Source: Tubiluchus corallicola (lineage: Eukaryota; Animalia; Priapulida). Taken from it: a DNA stretch of 22,780 nt. The notes under the pieces are model-generated. The model saw only the letters and a list, made by a program, of their open reading frames with translations, was not told the origin of the DNA and made no database searches. Shown one piece after another: positions 21,048-22,780 of the stretch. The number at the start of each line of letters is the position of its first letter. Position 1 is the first letter of the stretch. The translations under genes were made by a program, and so were the position numbers. The DNA is taken from assembly GCA_030141605.1 (NCBI GenBank), contig JAQGDQ010001872.1, forward strand, positions 1 through 22,780. Reading direction: 5' to 3'.

Positions 21048-21349
21048 ATGTTTTTAAACTGTTGTAAATTGAAAGTTTTAGTGTTGCCTTAATGGCTTTG
21101 AAGTGCCTATATAACTTGACCTGAATAAAAAACTATTTCCTGAGACGACATCAGTGAGTGACATACACTGAGTCAATACTGTATAAACCAGTGACCTCGA
21201 GTTTTGTTTTCCATCACGTTCTGCGTTACGTATCTCTAGGCAGTTGTTGGTATTGTTTGACGAATAAAATCAGTGGCGGCAGAAAACAAGTGGAAGTTGG
21301 CGGTTTTGCGAAGATTTTTCGCATGATTAACAGTTTTAACTAATGTGCG

Positions 21350-21834
21350 AACGAATGTAGGCAAAAATGGCACAGGTAAAAACGGCACAAATGGAAAAGT
21401 AGGTAAAAATGGCACAAATAGAAAAATAGGTAAAATGGCATGGTAAAAAATGGCACAGGAAAAAAGGGCACAAGAAAAAAGGGCACAAGAAAAATGGCAT
21501 AAATGGAGAAATAGGTAAAAATTGCATGGTAAAAATGGCACAGGAAAAAATCGCACAGGTAAAAATGGCACGAGCACTTAGAAATGTATTTGCTTAGGGT
21601 GAGGGTTACAGTGGGGGATAATTATCTTAGTAACTTTTACTCCAGTCAAGGAAGTTATCTTTCAACACAGTTTGCTTGTTTGTTTGTCTGTTTGTTTTTT
21701 ATCTGTTATGGCAATAAGCCTATTATGCAATCTCTAACAGATTTCCAAGAAACATTATGAAGAAAGGTGGGTATTTGTCATTTTTGCTATTTTACTTGTG
21801 CCATTTTACCTGTGCATTTTTACCTCACACCGTT
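21350..21834. mobile_element. Foldback-like non-autonomous element with subrepeat-built inverted ends
   Basis: Left arm 21350-21572 is an array of GGTAAAAATGGCACA-like units; right arm ~21785-21834 holds inverted copies (GTGCCATTTTACCTGTGCATTTTTACC); a related fragment is in ferritin A intron 3 (~3350-3420); no TSD identified. Confidence 0.6.
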
Positions 21835-22057
21835 GTAAACCTATCATACAAATACAAACTCGTTTCGAGTGATTATAACGCATCATACGGACAGGAAAAC
21901 CAGTTTAGAATGCACTTGGGTTTTGCGAATTGTGCAGTCGGGTTTTATAGCGCAACATTTGCAATATTGAGTTAACTGAGTTTAAGTTCCAAATTTATCT
22001 AAACCACATTAGTTGCAGAGTTGTGAATAATGGATTAGGGTAGAATAAAGTGGCATT

Positions 22058-22238
22058 TATGTAGCATGCGGATGCGTTTTCCAATGCGGAACAGCCTGCG
22101 GAAAAAAATCAACAGGAAATTTCTGCGGAAAAAAAATCAACCGGAAATAGCTGCGAAAAAAGAATAACGCATACGCAGGCTGCATTAAAAACCACATAAG
22201 TCTTCCGCAAACCCCAAAACGCAACCGCATGCTACATA
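22058..22238. mobile_element. Small MITE (~181 bp)
   Basis: Inverted repeats TATGTAGCATGCGGATGCGTTTT / AAAACGCAACCGCATGCTACATA (22/23 match; the outer TA may be a TSD); internal CTGCGGAAAAAAATCAAC.GGAAAT tandem repeat. Confidence 0.75.
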
Positions 22239-22780
22239 GTTCAAACGCATTGCCAGCATTATAGTAGTGCTGTATTGAGGATACGTCCGTTAACCAAAAC
22301 TAAACAGCCTCCTTCGTCCGTTAACAAATAAGCATTTATCCGTTAATATAATTTTTACAATTTAATATAGCGTAATTTAAAAAGAACACAGTTCATTATT
22401 TTGGGCTTGTAACTTTGTATGTTAAAATTAAGAAAGCAGATGGCGCCACATGCTAACCAATTGAATGCGTATTGGGAGCACTGAGCAGCCTGAATGTTTC
22501 GTGACAGAGTGCGTCATGGTCTATTTTTAGGCCAGCCGTCATGATTCTTTAGAGGTGATTCATAAGCAAACTGTGTACCATTGAGTTAAAACCGGTCATT
22601 CAGTAAATTTCCAGCCTCGTTATTTTCTACCTAGCTGCAACAACGCGTTTAGTTAGACCTAGTTCTAATTTGTGCCTTCTTGCCAGTTATCTGAAAGTGT
22701 CTGAGTGTGTTTTTGCCCATGCCCATTTATTTTTCGTTTTTATAAAAGTCAATTTTTTATTACAGGCACTTAAAAACCTG

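Overview
Eukaryotic, AT-rich, invertebrate-type genomic DNA; there are no prokaryotic features, and most ORFs in the supplied track are repeat artefacts. The left 6.3 kb holds two tandem H-type (ferroxidase) ferritin genes on the minus strand. Gene A is complete (4 exons, 6018->3084, 170 aa); gene B shows only its promoter, 5' UTR and exon 1 (413->315) and continues off the window. Each gene has a TATA box and a cap-proximal iron-responsive element (IRE) with a conserved flanking stem. A ~7.5 kb array of a 49-bp satellite (~153 copies, with internal higher-order duplication) starts ~230 bp upstream of gene A's TATA box. It separates the promoter from a candidate distal ARE/bZIP enhancer at ~15.6-16.0 kb. 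The rest is a transposon mosaic: two 5'-truncated RTE-clade LINEs with TSDs, a decayed L2 LINE interrupted by a hAT MITE, further MITEs, Kolobok-like ends, a 42-bp minisatellite, microsatellites, and a minimal hammerhead ribozyme of the Penelope-like-element type at ~21.0 kb.
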